DNA of 64,000 bases from NCBI GenBank assembly GCA_902776565.1, contig CACYQN010000008.1:89526-153525 (forward strand), written 5' to 3'. The notes beneath the pieces are model-generated. The model saw nothing but the letters and a program-made list of their open reading frames with translations, ran no database searches and had not been told where the DNA came from. The position numbers and the translations under genes were made by a program. The stretch comes from an uncultured Bacteroidia bacterium (GTDB lineage: Bacteria; Bacteroidota; Bacteroidia; Bacteroidales; ML635J-15). Shown one piece after another: positions 35,373 through 45,200 of the stretch (its first letter is position 1; each line of letters opens with the position of its first letter).

Positions 35373-35497
35373 AAATTAATTTACGATTTAGGATTTACGA
35401 TTTACGATTATTTTTTGATTTTTTGGTTGTGTCGTACGTTTCTTTCTTTTGGACAATGTTATTATTTATGATACAAGCAATTAGCATAAAAAAAATC

Positions 35498-35585
35498 CGC
35501 TGACTGAGCTTGTCGAAGTCAAGATGGCGAAATGATATAATGCACATTAACCAGATCCTTGCCCCTTCGACAGGCTCAGGGAGCT
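35498..35585. repeat. REP-like palindromic element
   Basis: The arms ctgagcttgtcgaag (35506-35520) and cttcgacaggctcag (35565-35579) are inverted repeats with 1 mismatch, about 45 nt apart. Confidence 0.65.
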
Positions 35586-35634
35586 AAAGGAGGCGGGGAT
35601 TAGTTTTCAAATGAAAGAGCTGTGGTTGTGCTGC

Positions 35635-36198
35635 TCATACTTTTATTCCTTTTTTTGCGGCGTATTCCTTCCAACTCTTGCAGGGACTTTCGCCCGACAC
35701 TATGCTGCCCTTCTGATAATAATGGCACATTGCGATTGCAATGGCATCGGTGGCATCAAGTTTTTCGGGAAGTTCCTCTATTTTCAGCAGTTTCTGCAAC
35801 ATTGCGGCTACCTGTTCCTTCGAGGCGGCACCATTGCCAGTGATTGCCAGCTTTACCTTTCGCGGTGCATATTCAAATATAGGTATTGTGCGTTGAAGTC
35901 CCGCTGCGATGGCTGCACCCTGAGCTCGTCCCAATTTCAGCATCGACTGCACGTTTTTACCTTGGAACGGTGCCTCAATTGCAATTTCGTCGGGATGAAA
36001 TTCGTCAATCAGTTGTGTCGTGCGTTCGAAGATGTATTTCAGTTTGGTGAAATGGTCGTCCATCTTGCGCATATCGACAATACCGAAGGCTACTAAATTT
36101 ATGGTTTTCCCTTTCTCGTGGATTATGCCGTAGCCCATAATGTTGCTTCCCGGGTCGATGCCGAGAATAATCCTGTCCTTTTCACTCGTCTGTGCCAT
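35635..36198 (-). CDS. ruvC: Holliday junction resolvase RuvC
   Basis: ILGIDPGSNIMGYGII..., EIAIEAPF and DATDAIAIAMCH motifs are present. Confidence 0.92.
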   Translation of the reverse strand: MAQTSEKDRIILGIDPGSNIMGYGIIHEKGKTINLVAFGIVDMRKMDDHFTKLKYIFERTTQLIDEFHPDEIAIEAPFQGKNVQSMLKLGRAQGAAIAAGLQRTIPIFEYAPRKVKLAITGNGAASKEQVAAMLQKLLKIEELPEKLDATDAIAIAMCHYYQKGSIVSGESPCKSWKEYAAKKGIKV

Positions 36199-37996
36199 TG
36201 CGCAATGCCCTCATTCTTTTTCTTGCCTCCACGGTATAGATGCTTCCCGCGTAGTCGGAAATGATTTTGAAATATGAATTTTCGGCTTCCTCCCTGTTGT
36301 TTTGCCTTTCGCAAATCTGCGCATAGCGGAAAAGTGCATTGTCGGCAAGCACATCGTACTGGTATTTTGTGAAAACCTCCTTGTACAGCGAAGCTGCCTT
36401 TGTAAGGTCGTTGGAATTTTCGTAAATCTGCGCCTTGCGGAACAGCACGTCGTCGATGAGCGAATGGCTTGGGTACTTCTGCTCGATACTGTCTAGGCAT
36501 TGCAAAGCCTTGGTGTATTGTTTCGAGAATGTGAAGAAGTCGGCACGGGCAAAGGTCTGCATTGTGCTTTCGGTGGTGTCCATATCGTAGTTTTCGGTTA
36601 TGAACAGACTGAGTTCCAGTGCATCGTTTGATATAAGTTTGGAAGTTCCAGCCTTCAGTACGTCTAATTGTGCCTGCGCCCACTCGAACTGTCCCGTATA
36701 GTATGCCAGTTTTGCCTTGCGGAAACGTGCCTCGTTTGTAATGTCGGCGCTGGCGTTCGACTTTTCAATCTGCGCGTACAGCAAGGTTGCATCCCACGGA
36801 TTGTTGTTGAGCATATATATGTCGCCCAAAAGCATTTTCATTTCGGGGTTTTTGTTCTTGTAGTAGTTGCTTGCAATGGCTTCGTTTATGACCTCGATGG
36901 CCTCGTCGCACTTGTTCAGGTAAAAAGCTTTAAGTTGTGCCGATGTTATTATTATATCGTAAGCCTTAGCGATTGCCACATCCTTTAGAGCCAAGTTGAT
37001 AGTTGAATCAAGTGCTTTGAGTTCATTGATGTCGGGGTTAAGTTTTGAGACGGCTTTCTTGTACGAAACGTTGAGCAGACCGATGTATGCCTCGTTGTGC
37101 AAGACGGAGCGAGTTTTCCGTTTTACAAGGTAATTGAAGGCTCTTATGGAGGTTTCGTATTCTCCTATTTCAGCCATTTCGTTTCCAAATTCCACAATTT
37201 CCTTGTCGTTGCTTTGTGCTGCGCGCTTGTTGTAGGCAATAAGCTGGTTTAGAGCCATTTCGTTGCGTCCTGTCTGTGTGTACAGCCAGATTGTCAGAGA
37301 GTTCAACGATGCGCTATTGGGCTTTTTCTGTGCCTGTGCGATGAGAGCCTTTTCAATTATTGGTTCTGCCTTGTCTTCGCTGTCGTTGGCAAGCACATAC
37401 GACAGTCGCGATTCGATGGTGGCAAGAGTTTCTCCGTTCAGATAGTCGAGGTAATGCTCCATCATTTGCTCGTAGTTCTTTTCGACGCTGTAGATGTTGC
37501 CTATTTCGAGTCCGTATTTTTTGTTTGGAAATTTTTTTTCTGCCCGTTCGTAAATGTCGATTGCGTGCTGGAACTGGCGGTACATCTGGAATGCGCTGGC
37601 GGCATTTGCCACCGAACTTTCGTTGGCTAGGGCAATTTCCTTTGCCTTGGCAAATTGTTCTTCACTTTCGCTTGTACGGTTGAGGTTATAGTAAACCATG
37701 CCGAGGTCGATGAGAATGTAGAAGTCGTTTTTCTTCTTTTTGGCTTCTTTTTTCAAGAATTTCTCGGCGGCATCGAATTGTTTCAGCAGCGTGAGGCACG
37801 ACAGGTACATGTCGCGGTAACTCTTGTATTCGGTCTGTGCATAAAGGTCCTGATATATTGTAAGAGCCTTCTCGTACTCGCCGTTCTGGTAGTATTTGCT
37901 GGCAAGCTGCACGTTGTTTGTCTCGTCCTGGGACATCGATGGCAATGAAATTGCCATGCAGACAGCGGTGAGTATGATAAGCCAAAAGTGTTTCAT
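36182..37996 (-). CDS. Secreted tetratricopeptide-repeat protein
   Basis: Signal peptide MKHFWLIILTAVCMAISLPSMSQ starts at the internal ATG. It has multiple TPR-like helical repeats. Its stop overlaps the ruvC start. Confidence 0.75.
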   Translation of the reverse strand: MKHFWLIILTAVCMAISLPSMSQDETNNVQLASKYYQNGEYEKALTIYQDLYAQTEYKSYRDMYLSCLTLLKQFDAAEKFLKKEAKKKKNDFYILIDLGMVYYNLNRTSESEEQFAKAKEIALANESSVANAASAFQMYRQFQHAIDIYERAEKKFPNKKYGLEIGNIYSVEKNYEQMMEHYLDYLNGETLATIESRLSYVLANDSEDKAEPIIEKALIAQAQKKPNSASLNSLTIWLYTQTGRNEMALNQLIAYNKRAAQSNDKEIVEFGNEMAEIGEYETSIRAFNYLVKRKTRSVLHNEAYIGLLNVSYKKAVSKLNPDINELKALDSTINLALKDVAIAKAYDIIITSAQLKAFYLNKCDEAIEVINEAIASNYYKNKNPEMKMLLGDIYMLNNNPWDATLLYAQIEKSNASADITNEARFRKAKLAYYTGQFEWAQAQLDVLKAGTSKLISNDALELSLFITENYDMDTTESTMQTFARADFFTFSKQYTKALQCLDSIEQKYPSHSLIDDVLFRKAQIYENSNDLTKAASLYKEVFTKYQYDVLADNALFRYAQICERQNNREEAENSYFKIISDYAGSIYTVEARKRMRALRNGTDE

Positions 37997-38077
37997 CAAG
38001 TTCCGATTTAGAAATTGCAAAAATATTTCATTAGGCGCATTTTTCAAAAATAATTTTGCAAGCAATCAAAATATATA

Positions 38078-38085
38078 TATTTTTG
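38078..38085 (+). promoter_or_regulatory. -7 box TATTTTTG upstream of tRNA-Gln
   Basis: TAnnTTTG match 27 nt before the tRNA 5' end. A second match, TAATTTTG, lies at 38051-38058. Confidence 0.4.
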
Positions 38086-38111
38086 CAGTCCCAAAATCAA
38101 TGGGAAATGAT

Positions 38112-38182
38112 TGTCCCTTTGCATAATGGTAGTGCACCAGATTTTGGTTCTGGCTGTGGAGGTTCGATTCCTCCAGGGACAA
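38112..38182 (+). tRNA. tRNA-Gln (anticodon UUG)
   Basis: Cloverleaf folded by hand. The acceptor is tgtccct/agggaca (U1:A72), the D stem gcat/gtgc and the anticodon stem ccaga/tctgg. The anticodon loop is tt-TTG-gt and the T arm is ggagg-ttcgatt-cctcc. No CCA is encoded. Confidence 0.9.
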
Positions 38183-38307
38183 CGACGGAAAAATGCAAGT
38201 GCTTAATTTTAAGTTGCTTGCATTTTTTTGTTGACTATATTTATTTGCCTAAGGATTGTTTTTTGTTCTGCAAATAGCAGAATTCGTTTATCTGGAGTTA
38301 CCTGAAA

Positions 38308-38643
38308 TTATAATTCATTATACTTTTTTGCCGTTCCCTTGGCTTTCTCGACTGGGTATTTCTCTGCATTCTTTTTCAACTTGTCCCTTACAATCTGTTC
38401 TACATCCAGATTGTATTTTGTTGCTATTTGCATCGCATAGTTAATCACATCGGCAAGTTCTTCCTTCACTTTCTCAACATTCACATCTTCAGGTTGTTTC
38501 CATAGATATGCCTCTAGCAATTCATTTGCCTCTATCGATAAGGCAATAGCCAAATCCTTTCCATTGTGGAATTGTTCCCAGTCGCGTTCTTCACTAAACT
38601 TTTGTATGTCCCGCTGAAGTTCTTCTATCTGTGTCATAGGCAT
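38308..38643 (-). CDS. MazG-like nucleotide pyrophosphohydrolase (small all-alpha NTP-PPase)
   Basis: 111 aa. FSEERDWEQFHNGKDLAIALSIEANELLE...EELADVINY is the typical MazG/dCTPase-like EExxE motif arrangement. Confidence 0.75.
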   Translation of the reverse strand: MPMTQIEELQRDIQKFSEERDWEQFHNGKDLAIALSIEANELLEAYLWKQPEDVNVEKVKEELADVINYAMQIATKYNLDVEQIVRDKLKKNAEKYPVEKAKGTAKKYNEL

Positions 38644-38823
38644 TTTTATGCAAACTTACATAAAAATTGTTGATTTTTATACTAGTAAATAAAGAAAATT
38701 TATCATTGATAGTCAATGTGTTATAATTTTTCTTTAGAGGAAAAATAGTAAAACTTTTTTAAAAATCAAAAAAGTATAGAAGTCTTGCTTATGACTGTGT
38801 ATGTTTGCGAGCCTGCTAGTCTG

Positions 38824-39402
38824 TCAAAAACTATATCCCAACTTTATTGCAAATGTCATTGCAATGTTTTTGCAGTATGTGCCGAAGCATTTCCAAAGAA
38901 TAAATCCGTGATGGTAGTTTGTTTCGGATTCGTGACCAAATGAATTCCCAATGCCTACATAGCCGTCGATAATGAATCTTTTCCGTGCCCATTGGTAACC
39001 TGTGCAAGCAAAAAGAGCACCCATATTCGACTTTGTGCGGAAATCTTCGTCACGCTTGTCGTAGTCGAAGTTAGACCACACAAGCTCTGGTTTTACGTAG
39101 AAACCATTCAGCGCATAGTTGGTATGATTTATAAGTATGAACTTGTGCGCATATCTTATGGTAAATCCTTTGGGATGATTCTTGAACCTGTCGTAGCCGG
39201 CACAGATTACGCCTACTGTCAGTTCGCCTGTATGTATGGGAGTGAAAGAGCGTTCGTAACTTATTTTTGTAGAACCTGTGAGCCACGATAGGAATGTGAT
39301 TTTTATCGCATTACGCCGTTCCATAAGTTCCTGTGCCCTGCTGTTGCTAAACGGTACAGAAAGCAAGGCTATCAAAAGGATTTTTACGATTTTTCCCATC
39401 AT
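38824..39402 (-). CDS. Small outer-membrane beta-barrel protein (unknown family)
   Basis: Signal peptide MMGKIVKILLIALLSVPFSNSRAQ. It is aromatic and Gly rich and ends ...AIKLGYSF. The ORF-track start at 39432 lies inside the pnp terminator. Confidence 0.65.
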   Translation of the reverse strand: MMGKIVKILLIALLSVPFSNSRAQELMERRNAIKITFLSWLTGSTKISYERSFTPIHTGELTVGVICAGYDRFKNHPKGFTIRYAHKFILINHTNYALNGFYVKPELVWSNFDYDKRDEDFRTKSNMGALFACTGYQWARKRFIIDGYVGIGNSFGHESETNYHHGFILWKCFGTYCKNIAMTFAIKLGYSF

Positions 39403-39405
39403 ATC

Positions 39406-39442
39406 AAAAAAAGAAAGAAGCCTCGCATACAAGGCTTCTTTC
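39406..39442 (-). terminator. Rho-independent terminator after pnp
   Basis: An 11-bp stem gaaagaagcct/aggcttctttc with an 8-nt loop, followed on the minus strand by 7 T. Confidence 0.85.
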
Positions 39443-39452
39443 GTATCACAAA

Positions 39453-41642
39453 TTAAATGTTAGAATCGGTGTTTGGTGCTTCGCCAGCGTTTTCTTCCTT
39501 CTTGTTGTGGTGAGGCTTTTCGGGCTTTGGAAGCAGTGCCTTGCGGCTGAGCTTTATCTTGTTCGACTTGGTGTCGATTTCGATAATCTTAACTTCCACT
39601 TCCTGACCTTCCTTCAGCACTTCCTCAACGGTCTTGATGCGTTTCCAGTCAATTTCTGAAATGTGCAACAATCCCTGGCAGTTTGGAAGAATCTCAACAA
39701 AAGCTCCGAAAGTTGTGATGCCCTTTACAACACCAGTGTAAACTTCGCCTACTTCGGGACGCTTAACGATTGCGTTAATCTTTGCGCGTGCAGCCTTCAT
39801 GTCGGCAGCATTGCTTGCAGAAATCTCAACATAACCCTTTTCGTTCTCTTCGGTTATTGCGATAATAGTGTTGGTAGTAGCCTGGATTTCCTGGATAATC
39901 TTTCCGCCCGGGCCAATTACAGCACCAATCAAATCCTTCGGGATTACCATAGTTTCGATTTGTGGAGCGTAGTCCTTGTAGGTAGGACGTGGACCTGGCA
40001 ATGTTTCAAGCATCTTGCCGAGGATGTGTTCTCTACCGCGCTTAGCCTGATTGAGGGCTTCCTCGAGGGTTGCGTACGAAAGTCCGTCAACCTTTATATC
40101 CATCTGGGTTGCAGTAATACCCTTTTCGGTACCGCAAACCTTGAAGTCCATGTCACCAAGGTGGTCTTCGTCACCAAGAATATCGCTCAAGATTGCATAT
40201 TTGCCAGTCTTGGGGTCGGCAATAAGTCCCATTGCAATACCCGAAACTGGACGGGAAATCGGAACACCAGCGTCCATAAGAGCAAGACAGCCAGCGCAAA
40301 CGGTAGCCATTGACGACGAACCGTTCGATTCGAGGATGTCGGAAACAACTCTTGTTGTGTAAGGATAATTTTCGCCCTTAACAGGCATTACCTTCTGCAA
40401 TGCACGGTGAGCGAGGTTTCCGTGACCTATTTCGCGACGGCCAACGCCTCTGTAAGCCTTTGCTTCGCCAGTTGCGAATGGTGGGAAGTTGTAGTGAAGC
40501 AGGAACGATTCCGAACCAGCTATCATAGCACCGTCGATTGTCTGTTCGTCGAGCTTGTTGCCGAGGGTAACTGTCGAGAGCGACTGTGTTTCGCCACGGG
40601 TGAAGATTGCCGAACCGTGTACTGTCGGCAAGTAATCAACTTCGCACCAAATAGGACGGATTTCGTCGGTCTTACGACCATCGAGACGAACTCTCTCGTT
40701 GAGAACCATCTGACGGACAGCTTCCTTCTGAACATCGTGGTAGTAACGGTCAACCATTTTTTCTACCGTTTCGAGTTCTTCTTCGGTGTACTGTGCGAGG
40801 AAGTTTTCCTTAACCTCGTTGAAGAGTCTTTCGCGTTCGTGCTTGTTGGCAGTCTGAGTCATAGCTGCTGCGTATGCCTTGTCGTAAGTTTCGTCCCAAA
40901 CCTTCTTGCGGAGGTCTTCGTCGTTAACTTCGTGGCAGTAAGGAGCAGGTTCGGTAACACCGCACATTTCGCGGAGTTCCTTCTGTGCCAAGCACATAGG
41001 TTTAATTGCTTCGTGAGCAAACTTTATTGCATCAAGCATTTCGGCTTCGCTGACCTCATTGAGTTCGCCTTCTACCATCATAATGTTTTCGTAGGTAGCA
41101 GCCACAATCATGTCGATGTCGGCTCTCTGGCACTCGTCGTAAGGCGGATTAATCTTGAACTGACCGTCGATGCGGGCTACGCGCACTTCCGAAATCGGGC
41201 CTTCGAACGGAAGGTCGGTGATTGTGAGCGCTGCCGAAGCTGCAAGACCTGCAAGTGCATCGGGAGTGTCGTTCTTGTCTGCCGAAAGCAAGTTTACATT
41301 TACGAATACTTCTGCGTGGAAATCGCTCGGGAACAACGGACGCAATGCACGGTCAATCAGACGTGAAACGAGAATTTCGTAGTCCGAAAGACGACCTTCC
41401 CTCTTGTTGAATCCGCCTGGGAAACGGCCTACTGCCGAATATTTCTCCTTGTATTCAACCGAAAGAGGCATGAAGTCAACGTCTTCCTTCGCATCATCTG
41501 CAGCAACAACTGTTGCCAATAACATGGTTTTACCCATCTTCACCACTACCGAACCAGTTGCCTGCTTCGCCAGTTTACCGGTGGAAATTTCAATTTCTCT
41601 GCCATCAGCCAAAGTGATGACTTTCTTAATTTCGTTGTACAT
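39453..41642 (-). CDS. pnp: Polynucleotide phosphorylase
   Basis: 729 aa with two RNase PH domains, KH ([10 protein letters not shown]) and S1 ([20 protein letters not shown]) domains, and a basic tail. Confidence 0.96.
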   Translation of the reverse strand: MYNEIKKVITLADGREIEISTGKLAKQATGSVVVKMGKTMLLATVVAADDAKEDVDFMPLSVEYKEKYSAVGRFPGGFNKREGRLSDYEILVSRLIDRALRPLFPSDFHAEVFVNVNLLSADKNDTPDALAGLAASAALTITDLPFEGPISEVRVARIDGQFKINPPYDECQRADIDMIVAATYENIMMVEGELNEVSEAEMLDAIKFAHEAIKPMCLAQKELREMCGVTEPAPYCHEVNDEDLRKKVWDETYDKAYAAAMTQTANKHERERLFNEVKENFLAQYTEEELETVEKMVDRYYHDVQKEAVRQMVLNERVRLDGRKTDEIRPIWCEVDYLPTVHGSAIFTRGETQSLSTVTLGNKLDEQTIDGAMIAGSESFLLHYNFPPFATGEAKAYRGVGRREIGHGNLAHRALQKVMPVKGENYPYTTRVVSDILESNGSSSMATVCAGCLALMDAGVPISRPVSGIAMGLIADPKTGKYAILSDILGDEDHLGDMDFKVCGTEKGITATQMDIKVDGLSYATLEEALNQAKRGREHILGKMLETLPGPRPTYKDYAPQIETMVIPKDLIGAVIGPGGKIIQEIQATTNTIIAITEENEKGYVEISASNAADMKAARAKINAIVKRPEVGEVYTGVVKGITTFGAFVEILPNCQGLLHISEIDWKRIKTVEEVLKEGQEVEVKIIEIDTKSNKIKLSRKALLPKPEKPHHNKKEENAGEAPNTDSNI

Positions 41643-41671
41643 TATCTATTGTGTTTAATTAATTTGCAAAT

Positions 41672-41705
41672 AAAAAAGGAAAGCAAAACATTTGTCTTGC
41701 TTTCC
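41672..41705 (-). terminator. Hairpin + U-tract between rpsO and pnp (terminator/attenuator)
   Basis: A 9-bp stem ggaaagcaa/ttgctttcc followed on the minus strand by 6 T. This is the classical location of the rpsO terminator / pnp leader hairpin. Confidence 0.7.
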
Positions 41706-41712
41706 GAATGTC

Positions 41713-41988
41713 TTAACGACGTAAGCCTAATTCTTTAACTATCGCCCTGTATCTTTCGATATCCTTGGTCTTTAGATAGTCGAGTAATTTTCTTCTCTTA
41801 CCTACAAGACCAGTCAAGGCACGCTGAGTACTGAAATCCTTGCGATTCGACTTCAAGTGCTCGGTTAAGTGACTGATACGGTAGGAAAATAAGGCTATTT
41901 GTGACTCAGCTGAGCCAGTGTCTGTATTAGACTTCCCGTGTTTTGAAAAGATTTCTTTCTTCTTTTCTGAATCTAAATAATTCTTCAT
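41713..41988 (-). CDS. rpsO: 30S ribosomal protein S15
   Basis: ...GKSNTDTGSAESQIALFSYRISHLTEHLKSNRKDFSTQRALTGLVGKRRKLLDYLK... The ATG at 41988 follows the GTG used by the ORF track. Confidence 0.95.
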   Translation of the reverse strand: MKNYLDSEKKKEIFSKHGKSNTDTGSAESQIALFSYRISHLTEHLKSNRKDFSTQRALTGLVGKRRKLLDYLKTKDIERYRAIVKELGLRR

Positions 41989-42125
41989 CACTTATAATTT
42001 ATAATTAAAAAACGGCGCGAAATTACTGCTTTATTTTTGAACAGCAAAATTTATTTTAAATGATTCTTGCATTACAATCGCCAAAAGTCTCTTATATAGG
42101 TTTTCCTTGATTTATAGACATTTAA

Positions 42126-42176
42126 TTATTCATTGCCCATTTCTAAATGTCAATTAGAAATTATCCATTGTTCATT
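42126..42176 (+). promoter_or_regulatory. Two direct copies of a 16-nt motif (TTATyCATTGyyCATT) upstream of giant gene 1
   Basis: ttattcattgcccatt lies at 42126-42141 and ttatccattgttcatt at 42161-42176. The same motif occurs twice upstream of giant gene 2 (58875-58904). Confidence 0.45.
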
Positions 42177-42189
42177 ATTAAAATTTCTT

Positions 42190-42197
42190 TAACTTTG
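42190..42197 (+). promoter_or_regulatory. -7 box TAACTTTG for giant gene 1
   Basis: taactttgtggctt is paralogous to tatatttgtggctt at 58951. It overlaps the GTG that the ORF track used as the start. Confidence 0.5.
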
Positions 42198-42220
42198 TGG
42201 CTTTCAAAAATTTGATAACA

Positions 42221-45200
42221 ATGAATAAATTAGATATGTGTTTTTCTACAAAAAACAATACAAATATGGACAAAATCCACAGGAACTCTCTTGCTGCAGC
42301 CTTATGTGCTGCTTTTTTGTTTTTAATGTCGTTCTCTTCGTTTGGGCAGATGGTTACTACTATAGCCGTTGACGAAGGTGACCTGACTTCCACCTCGGCA
42401 GTCCTGAAAGGTCATTTCGAGAACAACGAGGGAATAGCGGTTACAAGCTACGGTTTCAAGTACAGCGACAATGCAATGAGCCTTAGCAATGACTTGCCTG
42501 CCGATTATACGGGAGACCCATTCTCGGCTACGCTTACTGGCCTTACTCCAGGCACCACATACTACTACAGAGCCTATGTATATACCGACGCTCAAGGTCA
42601 AATCAATGGTAGCGTGGAAAGTTTCACCACTCCTACTGGAAGTTCTAATCCCACCGCAGGTGGCAGTGTCAATTGGATAACCATAGGTGGTGGTCCTGGT
42701 AATAACACGAATCTGCCAGTCAACATCTATTACAAATATTCTCTCTCGCAGCAGATTTATACTCCCGCAGAAATAGGGCGCGCAGGAACTATTGAGCGCA
42801 TTGCGTTCTACAACAATACGGATAATATTGCTCGTACAATCGACTTGTATATGTTTACTTCCGACAGGCAATCTTTTACCAGTACAACCGATTGGGAAAC
42901 TGTAAGTTCAAGCGACCGTGTATTTTCGGGTGAAGTTACATTTTTATCTGGCGAGTGGACAGAAATAGCACTTACTACTCCTTTTGAATACGATGGCGTA
43001 AGCAACCTTATCGTTGTAACCGACGATAATACCGCGTATGACGCCACCACTCAGAGATTCCTTACATTCGAGGCTTCTGGTCAGTCCATATATGTCAACG
43101 GTGATGATACCGACTTCGACCCGACTGATCTTAGTAGCACTACCGCCATCGGCTTAGAGGACGTCAAGAACCAGATTAAACTTGGGTTTACCTCTACCAA
43201 CCCGACTTTCGAATATGTTGACCTTGGTTTGCCGAGTGGCACCAAGTGGGCAACAATGAATATTGGAGCCGAAAGACCCGAAGATTTCGGAACTTATTTC
43301 GCTTGGGGCGAAACATCGCCTAAGACTGTATACGATTGGGAGAGTTATATATACGCCGATGGCGACAGCGACTCCGACCCGCAACTTACAAAATACTGCA
43401 ATGATTCTGGATTAGGCATTACCGACGCCCTTACCGAATTGGAGACTGGTGACGATGCCGCTACCGCTATCTTGGGCAGCAACTGGAGAATGCCGACCTA
43501 CGATGAAGTGATAGAATTGAGAGAATATTGCGAACATGTATTTACTACGCAAAACGGAGTAGCCGGCACTCTTGTTACAGGACCAAACAACCAATCCATT
43601 TTTATACCTGCTGCTGCAGGTCGCTACTACAATAATCTAATATTGTCGGAGGGCACTGGTTCCTACTGGTCAAGTTCGCTCGACACGGACGATCCGACCA
43701 AAGCACAGGGTCTTTCCTTAGGATCTGACGGTTTCGGTACTATCACCTCCCCGCGTTATTTTGGTCTTCCAATCCGTCCGGTATATGATCCGTCGCAAAC
43801 CGCTAACAACAACTCCGAAGACGTTATCTATGAGTGCGACTTCGAGGACGATACCGAAATCGCCAACTGGACACTTAATACTGGCGGTCAGACAAACCAC
43901 TGGGAGATTGGTATTCCATCAATGACAAATGCTGAAAAATCTCTTTACATTACCAACGGAAACGGCAACGAATACACCAACACATCGGCATCTTACGCCT
44001 ACGCATACCGCGAAGTAGAAATAACCGAAGCAGGCAACTACCAGTTCGAATTCGACTGGATGGCAAATGGCGAAAGCAATTACGACAACCTTAGGGCGTT
44101 CTTTATTCCTACAACAGCTAGCCCTAATTTAACCGATGGAGAATCCAACGGAATGACGAGTAGTAACAATGATGCGCCTACCGGCTGGATCGACCTCTAT
44201 AGTCAATCGGGAATAATGGCGGGACAATCGGACTGGCAGCATAACACAAAGTCGCTCTCAATTGATGTAACAGGAACATATTATCTTGTCTTCTTCTGGA
44301 AAAATGATAGTGGGGATGGCAACAATCCACCAGCAGCAGTCGATAACATTGTGGTAAGTAGGGAACAACAGACTAACGCCAATACATTTACCGATAACCG
44401 CGATGGAAAAACATACTCGTATGTTACCATTGGCAATCAAACATGGATGGCGGAAAACCTGAGATACGAAGGCAACATACCGTTAGGGAGCTCGACAAGC
44501 ACGACAGAAGCCTACCGCTACAATCCTAACGACGATGCCGACAATGTTGCCACCTACGGCTACTTGTACAACTGGACGGCTGCAATGAACAGCGAGAGCA
44601 GTAGTGCTTCTAACCCGAGCGGCGTGCAGGGTATTTGTCCTAATGGCTGGCATTTGCCGAGCATTGACGAATGGTTAGAATTGGCAGATGCTCTTGATGG
44701 TGACACAGATAAGGGTTCGCAATTGGCTGGACATTCTGACTTGTGGACTGCACAAGCACTTACCAACTCCACTTATTTTGGCGCTAGCGGTTTCGATGCA
44801 TTACCTGCTGGATATTATGGTGGTGCTTACCAAGGTATAGGAAGAAATACCTACTTTTGGTGTGCTACCGAAAGTGCACTCAATAATAGCAGCGCGTTTT
44901 ATCAGGGTATCAGCTATGACTACACTACTCTGTCTAATAGCGGTGGTCAAGCATATAGCGGCAAGGATTATGCATATAGTGTCCGCTGTGTAAAGGATGC
45001 TGACCAGACCGCAGATAATTATCAATGCGGTTTCGATGACGACACCGAAATCGCTAACTGGACAATACAAGGTGTAAACAGTGGGCAGACAAACTACTGG
45101 ACAATAGGAATGACCGAGCAGGGCGAAGCAAACCTTAACAGCCTATTTGTTACAAACGATGGAGGAAGTTATTCATATACAAACACTTCCACATCGGCAG

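Noticed and set aside
38112-38830. Genomic island or prophage integration at tRNA-Gln
   Set aside because: There is no integrase or recombinase nearby. I found no direct repeat of the tRNA 3' end downstream. Only a MazG-like gene and a small OMP gene follow before pnp.
42197-42220. ORF-track N-terminal extensions (42197 GTG, 35367 TTG, 30540 TTG, 13789, 25777, 5412, 38065, 39432, 24853, 14246)
   Set aside because: The extensions start at non-ATG codons or lie upstream of or within the predicted -7 box or a terminator. Internal ATGs immediately precede canonical signal peptides, lipoboxes or conserved N-termini.
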